Source: Anaerolineales bacterium (GTDB lineage Bacteria > Chloroflexota > Anaerolineae > Anaerolineales > UBA11579). From it: DNA of 64,000 nt. Under the pieces are notes generated by a model. It saw only the letters and a program-made list of their open reading frames with translations. It was not told the DNA's origin and searched no databases. The position numbers and the translations under genes were made by a program. The stretch's first letter is position 1. Each line of letters begins with the position of its first letter. Positions 27,845 to 38,294 of the stretch are shown here, piece by piece. The DNA lies in the NCBI GenBank assembly GCA_025808555.1, contig CP075526.1:1848712-1912711 (forward strand). Direction: 5' to 3'.

Positions 27845-28567
27845 TTACACCAGGTGGCGTCCTCCGTCCAAGTGAATGATCTCTCCGGTAATGTAGGCAG
27901 GCCCTGACAACAGAAAGATCAGGGTCTGGGCCAGTTCGTCGAGCTCTGCCCATCGGCCGGCAGGCACATTGTCAAGAATACCGCTGGGCTGGCGGCCATC
28001 GCTGGGCGGCAGAATGGCGCCCAGCGCGATGCCATTGACGGTGATGTTAGGCGCGATGGCGGCAGCCAGCGAACGGGTCAGCCCGGCCAGGCCCACTTTG
28101 CTGATGGTGTAGGGCAGGTGGTCGGTGCCAGGGCGCAAGGCGCGCCAATCCAGCAGGTTGATGATGCGCCCGGGTTGTTTGCCGGCGGCCTTCCAGAAAG
28201 CCTGACTGAGCAGGAAGGGAGCGGTGAGATTAATGTCCAAGTGACGCTGCCAATCAGCCAGTTCGGTAGTGCGCAGGTTGATGTCTTCGAACACAGAGGC
28301 GCTGTTCACCAGGGCGAACAGCGGGCCGTGCTGGCTGGCGCGCTCGATCAGCTGGCCGGCTTGCTGCAAGTCGCTCAGGTCGGCTTGAAGCAGGTGAGCG
28401 TTTGCGCCCTCCTGCTGCAGTTCAGCCTGCAAGGCCTCGGCTTCGGCACGGGAGCCGTTGTAATGGATCAGCACGTTGCCGCCCTCGGCGGCAACGCTGC
28501 GGGCCATTACGGCACCCAGGCGCACGGCTGCGCCGGTGATCAGCACATTTTTGCCCTTTAACTTCAT
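27845..28567 (-). CDS. SDR family oxidoreductase (possibly a pteridine or dihydromonapterin reductase, from its operon context)
   Basis: 240 aa. The Rossmann motif is VLITGAAVRLG and the catalytic YxxxK is YTISK. It is the first gene of an SDR-folB-folK operon. Confidence 0.7.
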   Translation of the reverse strand: MKLKGKNVLITGAAVRLGAVMARSVAAEGGNVLIHYNGSRAEAEALQAELQQEGANAHLLQADLSDLQQAGQLIERASQHGPLFALVNSASVFEDINLRTTELADWQRHLDINLTAPFLLSQAFWKAAGKQPGRIINLLDWRALRPGTDHLPYTISKVGLAGLTRSLAAAIAPNITVNGIALGAILPPSDGRQPSGILDNVPAGRWAELDELAQTLIFLLSGPAYITGEIIHLDGGRHLV

Positions 28568-28688
28568 GCACGTATTCTAACTCCATGGATTTTGGGCTCA
28601 GAAGGCAGAGTTTTGCTGAAATTAGATTTCAGTTAGACCGTGTTGGAGAGCGCACATCTGGACAGCCCCACGGGTTACTATTTCTGCG

Positions 28689-29291
28689 ATGGTACAAGTT
28701 CAATCGTCTACTTTTTTTTCATCACCCCTCGGCCGCGTACTGGCGGTTGCGGGTTTGCTACTGGTTTCGCTGCCGCTTGCGGCTTGTGCCGGCCAAATGC
28801 CGATTTTGCCGGAGGGCCAGATTCAACTGCAAAGCGGCACCAGCGAGGTGCCGCCCCCATCCACTGCGGTCGAAAGCCCGACGGCGCGGGCAGTATTGGA
28901 CTTGAGCACGGAAGTTAGCACCGAAGGCGGAGAGGCGGCTTTGCCGATCATCCGCCCGGGTAGCCCTGATTTTCACGCCAGCCATCCCGACGAATTCAGA
29001 CTGGCGTCTGGCCGCGTGCAGTTGGTCGAGTTCTTTGCCTACTGGTGCGCGGTGTGCAAGGCGGTAGCGCCCACCGTGCATGGTCTGGAGAACATGTACG
29101 GTGACCAGGTGGCGTTTGTCTACCTTGACCGTGATGACCCGCGCACACTGCCGATCCAAGAGCAGCTCGGCTACACCTACCAGCCGCACTTTTTCCTTAT
29201 CGATGCCAACGGGGTAGTGATCGGGCAATGGCGCGGCTACATTGATGGCCCTGAATTACAGCAAGCCCTTATCGACGCAACCAACGAGTGA
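28689..29291 (+). CDS. Thioredoxin-fold lipoprotein (TlpA/DsbE-like)
   Basis: 200 aa. The signal peptide has the lipobox LPLAAC, and the active site is FFAYWCAVCKAV (CxxC). Confidence 0.75.
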   Translation: MVQVQSSTFFSSPLGRVLAVAGLLLVSLPLAACAGQMPILPEGQIQLQSGTSEVPPPSTAVESPTARAVLDLSTEVSTEGGEAALPIIRPGSPDFHASHPDEFRLASGRVQLVEFFAYWCAVCKAVAPTVHGLENMYGDQVAFVYLDRDDPRTLPIQEQLGYTYQPHFFLIDANGVVIGQWRGYIDGPELQQALIDATNE

Positions 29292-29293
29292 TC

Positions 29294-29322
29294 AAAAAGC
29301 CCGCCAACTGGCGGGCTTTTTG
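29294..29322 (+). terminator. Intrinsic terminator
   Basis: Stem AGCCCGCC, loop AACT, stem GGCGGGCT, then TTTTT. It lies directly after the thioredoxin-lipoprotein stop. Confidence 0.85.
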
Positions 29323-29356
29323 ATTATTAGCCCAGCAAACGCATACAATACAGTCC

Positions 29357-29950
29357 ATGACGATCAAAGCAATAATCTGGGATTTCGGCGGTGTGCTGGT
29401 GCGCACTGACCCTGACAACCAGCGCGATGCGCTGGCAACGCGTTTGGGCATCACGCGCCGGGAGCTTGAGGCGCGTGTTTTTGACGGCGAGAACCGCCGC
29501 CAAGCGCAGATAGGCGGCGTGGATGGAGAGCAGTACCTGCAGGAAGTTTCGGCTGAATTTGGCATGACAGTGGGGGAGCTGCGCGAAGCCTTCTTCGGCT
29601 CAGACCATCTTGACCATAAGCTCATGGCCTATATCCGCGCCTTGCGTCCGAAGTACAAGACCGGCCTGCTTAGCAACGCCATGAACAATTTGCGCGCCGC
29701 ACTGACCGACCAGTATCCGATCCTGGATGCTTTTGATGCGGTGGTGATCTCGGGCGAGGTGGGGGTGATGAAGCCGCATCCAGCCATTTACCTGCTGGCG
29801 GCTGAGCGCTTGGGTGTTCAGTCCGGTGAGTGCGTGTTTGTGGACGATTTCATCCAGAATGTGCGCGGTGCGCAGGAAGCCGGCATGCAGGCAGTGCTCT
29901 TCGCTGACCGAGAGCAGACCCTGGCTGACCTGCAAGTCCTCTTAGCCTAA
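29357..29950 (+). CDS. HAD family hydrolase (subfamily IA)
   Basis: 197 aa. Motif I is IIWDFGGVL, motif II is LLSN, and motif IV is FVDDFIQNVRGAQEAGM. Confidence 0.8.
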   Translation: MTIKAIIWDFGGVLVRTDPDNQRDALATRLGITRRELEARVFDGENRRQAQIGGVDGEQYLQEVSAEFGMTVGELREAFFGSDHLDHKLMAYIRALRPKYKTGLLSNAMNNLRAALTDQYPILDAFDAVVISGEVGVMKPHPAIYLLAAERLGVQSGECVFVDDFIQNVRGAQEAGMQAVLFADREQTLADLQVLLA

Positions 29951-29973
29951 CTCTCCATTTTATTTTTCAAGGC

Positions 29974-30002
29974 TTGCCACTACCCTGAGGGCATGCTATA
30001 CT
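29974..30002 (+). promoter_or_regulatory. Sigma-70-type promoter candidate of the csoR-copZ-copA operon
   Basis: TTGCCA (29974-29979), a 17-nt spacer, then TATACT (29997-30002). Confidence 0.55.
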
Positions 30003-30008
30003 TTCCCC

Positions 30009-30035
30009 ATACCCACCCCCTGGGGGAGGGGGTAT
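30009..30035 (+). promoter_or_regulatory. CsoR-type operator candidate (GC-rich pseudo-palindrome)
   Basis: In ATACCCACCCCCTGGGGGAGGGGGTAT, 10 of 13 positions pair around the centre. It has the ATACCC...GGGTAT shape known for CsoR operators. It lies just downstream of the -10 element and upstream of the csoR RBS. Confidence 0.55.
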
Positions 30036-30046
30036 GAGGAGGAAGC

Positions 30047-30316
30047 ATGAACCGAGAACGTGCAAGCAAGCGGCTTAAAACCATTGAGGGCCATGTGCGC
30101 GGTATCCAGCGCATGGTGGATGATGGCGCGTATTGCATTGACGTCATTCGCCAGATCCAGGCCACCCAGGCTGCCTTGAACAAGGTCAGCCAGATGGTGC
30201 TGGAGGAGCACATGCATTCCTGCGTCATAACGGCTGTACGCGGCAATGATGCCGATGAACGCGAACGCGTGCTGGCAGAAATTGCCGAAGTCTATCAAGC
30301 AGCAACCAAGGTTTAA
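30047..30316 (+). CDS. csoR: Copper-sensing transcriptional repressor, CsoR family
   Basis: 89 aa. It reads RLKTIEGHVRGIQRMVDDGAYCIDVIRQIQA and carries the C-H-C ligand set (C in YCID, H and C in HMHSC). Confidence 0.9.
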   Translation: MNRERASKRLKTIEGHVRGIQRMVDDGAYCIDVIRQIQATQAALNKVSQMVLEEHMHSCVITAVRGNDADERERVLAEIAEVYQAATKV

Positions 30317-30337
30317 AAACCGAAAGGAAATCCAAAA

Positions 30338-30541
30338 ATGAACACCATTGTGTATAGCGTTCCCAAGATCCACTGCGGCCATTGCACCCAGACCATCGAG
30401 AATGAGCTGGCTGAAATGCCTGGCGTTGAAGCTGTTAAAGCCAGCCTGGACGAGAGAAAAGTGATGGTGCGTTTCAGCGAGCCGGCCACCGATGACTCGG
30501 TGAAGGCGTTGCTGGCCGAGATCAACTACCCGGCCGAATAG
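30338..30541 (+). CDS. copZ: Heavy-metal-associated domain copper chaperone
   Basis: 67 aa with an HMA fold and the metal site IHCGHC (CxxC). Confidence 0.85.
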   Translation: MNTIVYSVPKIHCGHCTQTIENELAEMPGVEAVKASLDERKVMVRFSEPATDDSVKALLAEINYPAE

Positions 30542-30558
30542 AACCACAAGGAACCAAC

Positions 30559-32976
30559 ATGGCTGTAGCAAGCAAGCAATACAATCTGCCCATCCTGGGG
30601 ATGACCTGTGCCAACTGTGTCTCTACGGTGGAGCGCAACCTGTACAAGGTGCCTGGCGTCTCGCATGCCAGCGTAAACTTGTCCAATGAGCGCGCCGCGG
30701 TCGAGTTTGACCCTGGGCAGGCCGACTTGCAGGCCATGTTGGCGCGCATTCGCAAAGCTGGCTACGACGTAGCCAGCGGCGAAGCGCGCCTGCAGGTGCA
30801 ACATCTGCATGACCCGGCGGATGCCCGCCGCCTGGATGTAGCCTTGGGCGCACTGGACGGTGTGCTGCAGTCGAACATCAATCCCGTCACCGGCGAAGTG
30901 CGTATTCAGTACGTACCCACCATCACCAGCGAGGTTGAGTTGCGGGCCGCCGCGGCCCAGGCAGGTTTTGAGCTGGCCGCCGCCGAGGCGGGCGAGGATG
31001 TGGAAGCCGGTGTGCGCCGCAGTGAGATCCAGAAGCAGCGCAATCTGATGTGGTTCAGTGTGCTCTTCACGCTGCCACTCTTTATTCTCTCGATGGGGCG
31101 CGACTTTGGGTTGCTGGGGCACTGGGCGCATGCCGCCTGGGTGGACTGGCTGTTCTTCGCCCTGGCCACGCCTGTGCAGTTCGTCGCCGGTTGGAGCTAC
31201 TACGTCAACGGTTACAAGTCGCTACGCAATGGCAGCGCCAACATGGATGTGCTGGTGGCGCTGGGTTCGTCTGTGGCGTACTTTTACTCCGTAGCGCTGC
31301 TGCTCGGCTTGTTTACCGGGCACGGCTACTTTGAAACTTCCGCCGCCATCATCACGCTGATCCGCGTAGGCAAGTACCTGGAAGTGAACGCCCGCGGCCG
31401 CACCGGCGACGCCATCCGCAAGCTGATGGGTTTGCAGCCCAAGCTGGCGCGGGTGCTGCGCGGCGGCCAGGAAGTCGAAATTCCCAGCGCAGAAGTGCTG
31501 GTGGGTGACCACGTGGTTGTGCGTCCCGGTGAGAAGTTCCCGGCGGATGGCCGTGTGATGGAAGGCCATAGCGCCGCCGACGAGTCCATGATCAGCGGTG
31601 AATCGATGCCGGTCAGCAAGACGCCGGGTGACGAAGTCATCGGCGCTACACTGAACAAGCAGGGCCGGATTGTGTTCGAGGCCACCAAGGTGGGTAAGAC
31701 CACCGCGCTGGCGCAGATCGTGCGCTTGGTAGAGAACGCCCAGAGCACTCGTCCGCCCATCCAGAAGCTGGGCGACCGTATCTCTGAGATCTTTGTGCCC
31801 GTAGTGATCCTTATTGCCACGCTCACTTTCCTGGCCTGGTACTTTGTGTTTCCGGCAAGCGCGCCGGACGCCACGCTGACCCGCGCCCTGATCAATACGG
31901 CCGCCGTGCTGTTGATTGCCTGCCCCTGCGCCATGGGCCTGGCCACGCCCACGGCCGTGATGGTGGGCAGCGGGCGCGGCGCCGAGATGGGCGTGCTGAT
32001 CAAATCCGGCGAGGCGCTGGAGCGTGCCTCCGGCATATCGATGGTTCTACTCGACAAGACCGGCACCCTAACCCGCGGCCAGCCCTCGCTGACCGACATT
32101 CTGCTGGCCGAAGGCCAAAACGAAGACGAGTTGCTGCGTGTCGCGGCCAGCGTGGAGCATGCCAGCGAACACCTGTTGGGCGAGGCAATCGTGGCCGCTG
32201 CCAATGAGCGCCAACTCGCGCTGGCGGTGCCGGAGCGCTTTGAAGCGCTGACTGGCCGCGGCGTGGCGGCGGATATGAACGAAGCGCAAGTGCTGATCGG
32301 CAATGTGCGCTTGATGAATGAGCACAACATTACCCTGGGTAGCCTGACCGCTGCTGGCGAGCGCCTGCACGCCGACGGCAAGACCGCCATCTATGTCGCC
32401 GTTGACGGCACGCTGGCTGGTGTGCTGGGCGTGGCCGATACCCTCAAGGACAATGCCCGCGAAGTGATTGATAGCTTGCACCGCATGGGCTTGAAAGTGG
32501 GCATGATCACGGGCGATGCACGCGGCGTTGCCGATGCGGTGGCTCGCCAGCTGGGTCTGGACTATGTGCTGGCCGAGGTGCTGCCCGAGCAAAAGGCAGC
32601 TGAGGTGACGCAGTTGCAGGCTGCCGGGCATAAGGTGGCCATGGTGGGCGATGGCATTAACGACGCGCCCGCGTTGGCGCAGGCCGATCTCGGCATTGCC
32701 ATCGGCACCGGCACGGATGTGGCCATGGCCACCGCTCCGGTGGTGCTGATGACCGATGATCTGCGCGGCGTGCCGAAGGCGATCGCGCTCTCCAAGCGCA
32801 CGCTGAGCACCATCCGCCAGAATTTGTTCTGGGCCTTTATCTACAACATCTTGCTCATCCCCGCCGCTGCGCTGGGCTTCCTGAGCCCGATCCTGGCGGC
32901 TGGAGCGATGGCGCTGAGCGACATTTTTGTCATTGGCAACAGCCTGCGTCTGCGCAAAGTACCGCTGAAATCCTAA
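30559..32976 (+). CDS. copA: Copper-translocating P1B-type ATPase
   Basis: 805 aa. The N-terminal HMA site is GMTCANC. The TM metal site is CPCAMG, the phosphorylation site is DKTGTLT, and the hinge is GDGINDAP. Confidence 0.95.
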   Translation: MAVASKQYNLPILGMTCANCVSTVERNLYKVPGVSHASVNLSNERAAVEFDPGQADLQAMLARIRKAGYDVASGEARLQVQHLHDPADARRLDVALGALDGVLQSNINPVTGEVRIQYVPTITSEVELRAAAAQAGFELAAAEAGEDVEAGVRRSEIQKQRNLMWFSVLFTLPLFILSMGRDFGLLGHWAHAAWVDWLFFALATPVQFVAGWSYYVNGYKSLRNGSANMDVLVALGSSVAYFYSVALLLGLFTGHGYFETSAAIITLIRVGKYLEVNARGRTGDAIRKLMGLQPKLARVLRGGQEVEIPSAEVLVGDHVVVRPGEKFPADGRVMEGHSAADESMISGESMPVSKTPGDEVIGATLNKQGRIVFEATKVGKTTALAQIVRLVENAQSTRPPIQKLGDRISEIFVPVVILIATLTFLAWYFVFPASAPDATLTRALINTAAVLLIACPCAMGLATPTAVMVGSGRGAEMGVLIKSGEALERASGISMVLLDKTGTLTRGQPSLTDILLAEGQNEDELLRVAASVEHASEHLLGEAIVAAANERQLALAVPERFEALTGRGVAADMNEAQVLIGNVRLMNEHNITLGSLTAAGERLHADGKTAIYVAVDGTLAGVLGVADTLKDNAREVIDSLHRMGLKVGMITGDARGVADAVARQLGLDYVLAEVLPEQKAAEVTQLQAAGHKVAMVGDGINDAPALAQADLGIAIGTGTDVAMATAPVVLMTDDLRGVPKAIALSKRTLSTIRQNLFWAFIYNILLIPAAALGFLSPILAAGAMALSDIFVIGNSLRLRKVPLKS

Positions 32977-33058
32977 ATATTAGAAGCGCGCCATGCTAGT
33001 GGCGCACTCTACAGTTTGGGCTCATTTTGGTTTCATGCTGCCGCGATAAAATACCGCC

Positions 33059-34174
33059 ATGTCCAACCCATCCCCACTCAGCAGACGAGATTTTCTGAAA
33101 CTTGGCAGCCTGGGCCTGGGCGCGGCGGCCCTGGGGCCGCTGGCTGGCCCGGGTTTGAAGGTCAACCCGCGCTACTTGCTGCAGGAGCCTTTTCCGCAGG
33201 CCGAGCGCCTGGGCCGCGTGGTGGAGGAGTTGGATCGCTTCGTCTATTTGCGCGCCGCCCCCAGCCGCGAGGCGGCGGAGGTGGGCCAGCTGATGGGCGA
33301 TGCAGTCGTGCCATGGATCCGCGAAGTGGTGGGCAGCGCCAGCGGCCTGCGCAACCAGCGCTGGATCGAAACGCCGCAAGGCTATGTATGGGCCCCATTT
33401 TTGCAGCCAGTCAAGAACATCACCAATACTCCGCTGACTGCATTGCCGGATTATGGCAACGGCCCCGGCATGTGGATGGAAGTCACTCAGCCCTATGTCG
33501 AGGTGCAGCTGGCAAACGCCAGCGCACCCTACGGTCACCGTATCCGCTTTCTGGTGCAGAGCAACTGGCCCATCCGTTTGTATTACGGCCAGGTGATGTG
33601 GGTTGACGAGATCCGCACCAACGATGCGGGTCAAGTTGAATACCATGTGTATGATTTGTACGGCAGCCTTGGCGATCACTTCTGGGCGCCGGCGCACGCC
33701 TTCAAGCCCATCCACCCTGAGGACATAGCTCCCATCTCGCCTGAGGTGGAGAACAAAGAGCTCGTCATCAATATTGCGCGCCAAACCATGTCTTGTTTTG
33801 AGGATGGCCGCGAGGTGTATTTTTCGCGTGTCTCCACAGGACGCGATGATGAAGATGGAGTGGGATTCACGCCGGTGAGTGATTATCTACGGGTGTACAT
33901 GAAGTACATCTCGACCACCATGACGGGCGGCACCTCCGGCGCCGGCTACGATCTGGCAGGCATTGGCTGGTGCACTTTCATCGCCACCGGTGGCATTGCG
34001 GTGCATACTTGTTATTGGCACAACAACTATGGCGAGCGCACTTCGGCGGGCTGCATCAACGCCACACAGGATGATGCCAAGTTCATCTTCCGCTGGACTG
34101 CGCCGCAGGTGGAGTATTACCCGGGCAAGATCGATCAAGTAGCGGGCACGAGTGTGCGCGTCGTGCAGGGCTAA
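33059..34174 (+). CDS. L,D-transpeptidase family protein with a Tat signal peptide
   Basis: 371 aa. The twin-arginine signal is SRRDFLKLGSLGLGAAA. The C-terminal YkuD-like catalytic region is HTCYWHNNYGERTSAGCINAT (a His ... SxGC pattern). Confidence 0.7.
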   Translation: MSNPSPLSRRDFLKLGSLGLGAAALGPLAGPGLKVNPRYLLQEPFPQAERLGRVVEELDRFVYLRAAPSREAAEVGQLMGDAVVPWIREVVGSASGLRNQRWIETPQGYVWAPFLQPVKNITNTPLTALPDYGNGPGMWMEVTQPYVEVQLANASAPYGHRIRFLVQSNWPIRLYYGQVMWVDEIRTNDAGQVEYHVYDLYGSLGDHFWAPAHAFKPIHPEDIAPISPEVENKELVINIARQTMSCFEDGREVYFSRVSTGRDDEDGVGFTPVSDYLRVYMKYISTTMTGGTSGAGYDLAGIGWCTFIATGGIAVHTCYWHNNYGERTSAGCINATQDDAKFIFRWTAPQVEYYPGKIDQVAGTSVRVVQG

Positions 34175-34180
34175 GCCGGC

Positions 34181-35067
34181 ATGATACCGGCGCCCAGCGT
34201 AGGGTTGGCCTTCCTGGCTGGTTTGGCTTCCTTCCTCTCCCCGTGCGTATTTGCTCTGGTGCCGGTGTACGTGGGCTACCTGAGTGGCCGCGTGGCAGGG
34301 GTACAAGGACAGCCCGACACATGGCGCAGCTTTTTGCACGGGCTGGCTTTCGTGATCGGCTTCAGCTTCATTTTCATTTTGCTTGGCTTGTTTTCGGCGG
34401 CCTTAGGCCAGTTCATGTTCTCTTTCACGCGCCTGCTGTCACAGGTGGGCGGCGTCATTGTTATTCTCTTCGGTTTACATCTCAGTGGAATACTGCGCAT
34501 ACGCTGGCTGGATTACGAGTTGCGCGCCCAATCCAGCTTGCGATCGCAGCGCGGTTATCTTTCATCCGCTATGATGGGCGTATTCTTCTCGGCGGGGTGG
34601 GTGCCGTGCGTGGGCCCGGTGTTAGGCTCCATCCTCACCTTGGCCTTCAACAGCGCCGAGCTAAGCCAGGGTGCGGTGCTGCTCAGCGCCTATTCCGCCG
34701 GGTTGGCCATTCCCTTTTTGATTGCAGCCACCCAGGTCAGCTGGATCACGAATGTGGTGCGCCGCTACGCGCGCCTGAGTCATTATGTGGAGCGCATCAC
34801 CGGCCTGGTGCTGGTGGCGCTGGGCTTGCTGCTGCTCAGCGGCCGTTTTCAAACCCTGGCCAGCCTGGGCTTCTTCTTCACCACATTCGAGGAGGGCCGC
34901 ATTGGCCTGCACATGCTGCTGGCCATTCTGGCCAGCCTATTGTTGGGCCTCGGCGTAGGCGCCGTGGCCCAACGTCGCGGCCAGCCGTTCGGTCAGTGGT
35001 GGTTCATTGGCAGCGGCGCCAGCCTGCTGATGATCGTGGCACTGTACGCGCTGGGCGCACTCTCTCC

Positions 35068-35071
<4 letters not shown>
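34181..35071 (+). CDS. ccdA: Cytochrome c biogenesis protein CcdA (DsbD-family thiol-disulfide transporter)
   Basis: 296 aa and polytopic. The conserved cysteines lie in FLSPCVFALVPVY and GWVPCVGPVLG. Confidence 0.85.
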
Positions 35072-35550
<479 letters not shown>

Positions 35551-35555
35551 CCATT

Positions 35556-36542
35556 ATGATCACCGTCACCCTGTACACCAAAGACAACTGCTCGCTATGC
35601 GAGACTGCCAAGCAGGATTTGCAGGCGCTGCAGGACAAAATCCCACATAACCTGGCGCTCGTTAATATTGAGAAAGACCCTGACCTCAAGGCCGCCTATG
35701 GTACGCGTGTGCCCGTGGTGCAGGTTGGCCCGTATGTGGTCGAAGCCCCTTTTGACCGCCGCAAACTGGAGATGACCATGGCCGCAGCCCGAGATCGCGT
35801 TGAGCAAATTGAAGGCGACCCCAAGTATGCAAAGCGCAAAGCGCGCGGCGCCAAGGTGACCGGCTCTGACCGCTTGGCCCAGTTTCTCGGCCGCCATTAT
35901 CTGGCTTTACTCAACTTGATCGTGTTCTTGTATGTGGGTCTACCGTTCCTGGCTCCCGCGTTGATGAACGCTGGCTATCCTGGCCTGGCGCGGCCGATCT
36001 ACTCGACCTATGGGGCCGTGTGTCATCAAATGGCGTTCCGCTCCTGGTTCTTGTTTGGCGACCAACCGGTCTACCCGCGCGCCGCGGCGGGCTTGCAAGA
36101 GTACGTCAGCTATGAAGCTGCCACCGGGCTGAACAGCGATGACATGCTGGATGCCCGTCGCTTTATTGGCAATGAGCAGGTTGGTTACAAAGTTGCCTTC
36201 TGCCAGCGCGATGTTGCCATCTACGGTGCAATATTAGTGTTTGGCCTGCTCTATGCGGCCACCGGTCGGCGCATCAAGCCGTTGCATTGGATGCTGTGGA
36301 TCGCACTGGGCTTTGTGCCCATTGGCCTGGATGGGTTCAGCCAGTTGCTCAGCCAGATACCCAACTGGAGCTTCTGGGAATACCGCGAGAGTACGCCGCT
36401 GCTGCGTACGCTGACCGGCGCCATTTTTGGCTTCACCACGGCTTGGTTCGGCATTCCGTTGCTTGAAGAGTCGTTCCAGGATGTGCGCGTGCAGACAGCT
36501 TCCAAGAAAGCCCGCATCGAAGGCGCCAAGAAAAAGCAATAA
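35556..36542 (+). CDS. Glutaredoxin-like domain fused to a DUF2085-type membrane domain
   Basis: 328 aa. The N-terminal roughly 80 aa have a Grx/Trx fold (ITVTLYTKDNCSLCETAK ... VPVVQV). A basic linker follows, then 4-6 TM helices with the Cys/His motifs CHQMAFRSWF and FCQRDVAIYG typical of DUF2085. Confidence 0.65.
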   Translation: MITVTLYTKDNCSLCETAKQDLQALQDKIPHNLALVNIEKDPDLKAAYGTRVPVVQVGPYVVEAPFDRRKLEMTMAAARDRVEQIEGDPKYAKRKARGAKVTGSDRLAQFLGRHYLALLNLIVFLYVGLPFLAPALMNAGYPGLARPIYSTYGAVCHQMAFRSWFLFGDQPVYPRAAAGLQEYVSYEAATGLNSDDMLDARRFIGNEQVGYKVAFCQRDVAIYGAILVFGLLYAATGRRIKPLHWMLWIALGFVPIGLDGFSQLLSQIPNWSFWEYRESTPLLRTLTGAIFGFTTAWFGIPLLEESFQDVRVQTASKKARIEGAKKKQ

Positions 36543-37330
36543 TGCCGTTTCAGCAAACTGACGGCCTGCGCTATTACACCTTTGAGAAGCTACACGCGGC
36601 TGGCGTCAAACATGCTGTCTTCACCCGCCAAGGTGGGGTCAGTGCTGCGCCGTATGATTCGCTCAATGTGGGCAGCACCGTTGGCGATGAGCTGGCAGAT
36701 GTGCGCCAGAACCTACAGCGTGCATTTACGGCGGTGGGCCGTAGGCCTGAGAGCATGTTCGATAGCTGGCTAGTGCACGGCGTCGATGTGCACGTTGCCC
36801 ACGCCCCGCGCCCGGCTGACTGGGCGCGCCCGCCCAAAGCCGACATCATCATCACTGATCAGCCTGAGGTCACGCTGTTCATGCGCTATGCCGATTGTGT
36901 GCCAATTGTGCTGTATGACCCGCGGCAACGTGCCGTTGCGCTGGCGCATGCCGGTTGGCGCGGCACGGTAGCGCGCGTGCCTGCGGTCGCCGTGGCAGCG
37001 CTCAGCCAGCATTACGGCAGCCGCCCGCAGGACCTGCTGGCCGCCATCGGCCCCGCCATCTCCGCCGAGCGCTACGAGGTGGGCGAAGAGGTTGTGCAGC
37101 AGGTGCAGGCTGCGTTCGGCGGCCAGGCGAGCGGGCTGCTGCCGGCTTATGGTGAGAGTTCGCACTTTGACCTGGTGGCTGCCAACCAGCTTGTCTTGCA
37201 GCAGGCTGGTGTGCAGAACATCGAAATGGCCGACCTGTGTACGGCTGGCAATCCGCAAGACTGGTTCTCGCATCGCGGCTCTGCTGGGCGCACTGGCCGC
37301 TTTGGCGCATTGATTACACTTGGTGCATGA
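36542..37330 (+). CDS. pgeF: Peptidoglycan editing factor PgeF (YfiH / laccase-domain, DUF152 family)
   Basis: 262 aa. The motifs are FTRQGGVS, RYADCVPIVLYDP, ALAHAGWRGT and CTAGNPQDWFSHR. Confidence 0.85.
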   Translation: MPFQQTDGLRYYTFEKLHAAGVKHAVFTRQGGVSAAPYDSLNVGSTVGDELADVRQNLQRAFTAVGRRPESMFDSWLVHGVDVHVAHAPRPADWARPPKADIIITDQPEVTLFMRYADCVPIVLYDPRQRAVALAHAGWRGTVARVPAVAVAALSQHYGSRPQDLLAAIGPAISAERYEVGEEVVQQVQAAFGGQASGLLPAYGESSHFDLVAANQLVLQQAGVQNIEMADLCTAGNPQDWFSHRGSAGRTGRFGALITLGA

Positions 37331-38040
37331 GCTATTCGCAACGCCTTGCTCACAACCTGGCCGAAGTGCGCCAGAAAATGGACGCCGCAGCCAGCCAGGC
37401 CGACCGGGACGTCTCCGACGTGCACATGGTCGCTGTTACCAAGGGTCATCCCGCCGAGGCTATTCAGACGTTGCTTGACCTGGGCGTCACTGATATTGGC
37501 GAGAGTTATCTCACCGAGGCGCGTGAGAAGCAGGATGCGCTGGCGGCAGCAAGCAAACTGGACTGGCATATGATCGGCCATGTGCAAAGCCGGAAAGCGC
37601 GCGAAGTAGCCCAGCATTTCTCGATCGTCCATTCCCTGGATAGTCTCAAGCTGGCCGAACGCTTGCACCGCTTTGCGCAAGAGGCCGGGCATGTTCTGCC
37701 GGTGCTGCTGGAATGCAATGTCAGCGGAGAGATCACCAAGCAGGGCTGGGATTGTCATCAGGACGCCAGCGAATTCTTTGCCGATGCACAGGTCATCGCT
37801 GGCCTGCCGGGGCTTGAGGTGCGCGGCTTGATGAGCATGGCGCCCATCACAGCCCGCCTGGCAGAAGCCCGCCCATATTTTGAGCGCACCCGCCAACTGC
37901 GTGATACATTGGCAGAACGCCTGAACATGGCTTTGCCCGACCTCTCGATGGGTATGAGCAATGATTACGAAGCCGCTATTCTGGAAGGGGCGACCATGGT
38001 GCGCATCGGCGAAGGGCTGATGGGTCCGCGGCCGAAGTAA
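37327..38040 (+). CDS. yggS: YggS family pyridoxal-phosphate homeostasis protein
   Basis: I take the ATG at 37327, which overlaps the pgeF stop (ATGA). The motifs are VAVTKGHP (PLP lysine), WHMIGHVQSRK and LSMGMSNDYEAAI. Confidence 0.9.
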   Translation: MSYSQRLAHNLAEVRQKMDAAASQADRDVSDVHMVAVTKGHPAEAIQTLLDLGVTDIGESYLTEAREKQDALAAASKLDWHMIGHVQSRKAREVAQHFSIVHSLDSLKLAERLHRFAQEAGHVLPVLLECNVSGEITKQGWDCHQDASEFFADAQVIAGLPGLEVRGLMSMAPITARLAEARPYFERTRQLRDTLAERLNMALPDLSMGMSNDYEAAILEGATMVRIGEGLMGPRPK

Positions 38041-38048
38041 AGGAGTGT

Positions 38049-38291
38049 ATGGAGCAAGCAATCGCACTGATCTTTGATCTGCTGAGCTGGATCGTCATCA
38101 TTGATATTCTGCTGGGTTACTTCATGGATCCATATCACCCCGTGCGCCAGGCGCTGGACCGTATTGTTGAGCCTATGCTGGCGCCCATCCGCCGCATTTT
38201 GCCGCCCACCGGTATGCTGGATTTCAGCCCTCTGGTATTGCTGATCCTGCTGCAGATCCTCAGCGCGGTCGTCATCAACGCGTTCCGCTAA
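38049..38291 (+). CDS. yggT: YggT family membrane protein
   Basis: 80 aa with two TM helices and the motif RIVEPMLAPIRRILPPTGMLDFSPLV. Confidence 0.85.
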   Translation: MEQAIALIFDLLSWIVIIDILLGYFMDPYHPVRQALDRIVEPMLAPIRRILPPTGMLDFSPLVLLILLQILSAVVINAFR

Positions 38292-38294
38292 GCC

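Noticed and set aside
34243-35067. 5' extensions of track ORFs: 34243 for the ResA-like gene, 25282 for hpf, 11482 for member D, 26051 for folE, 37237 for yggS and 42765 for member I
   Set aside because: Each extension runs through the preceding gene in another frame. Internal ATG or GTG starts coincide with ATGA, GTGA or short-gap junctions, or with an RBS (GGAGG before hpf), and they give proteins of family-typical length.
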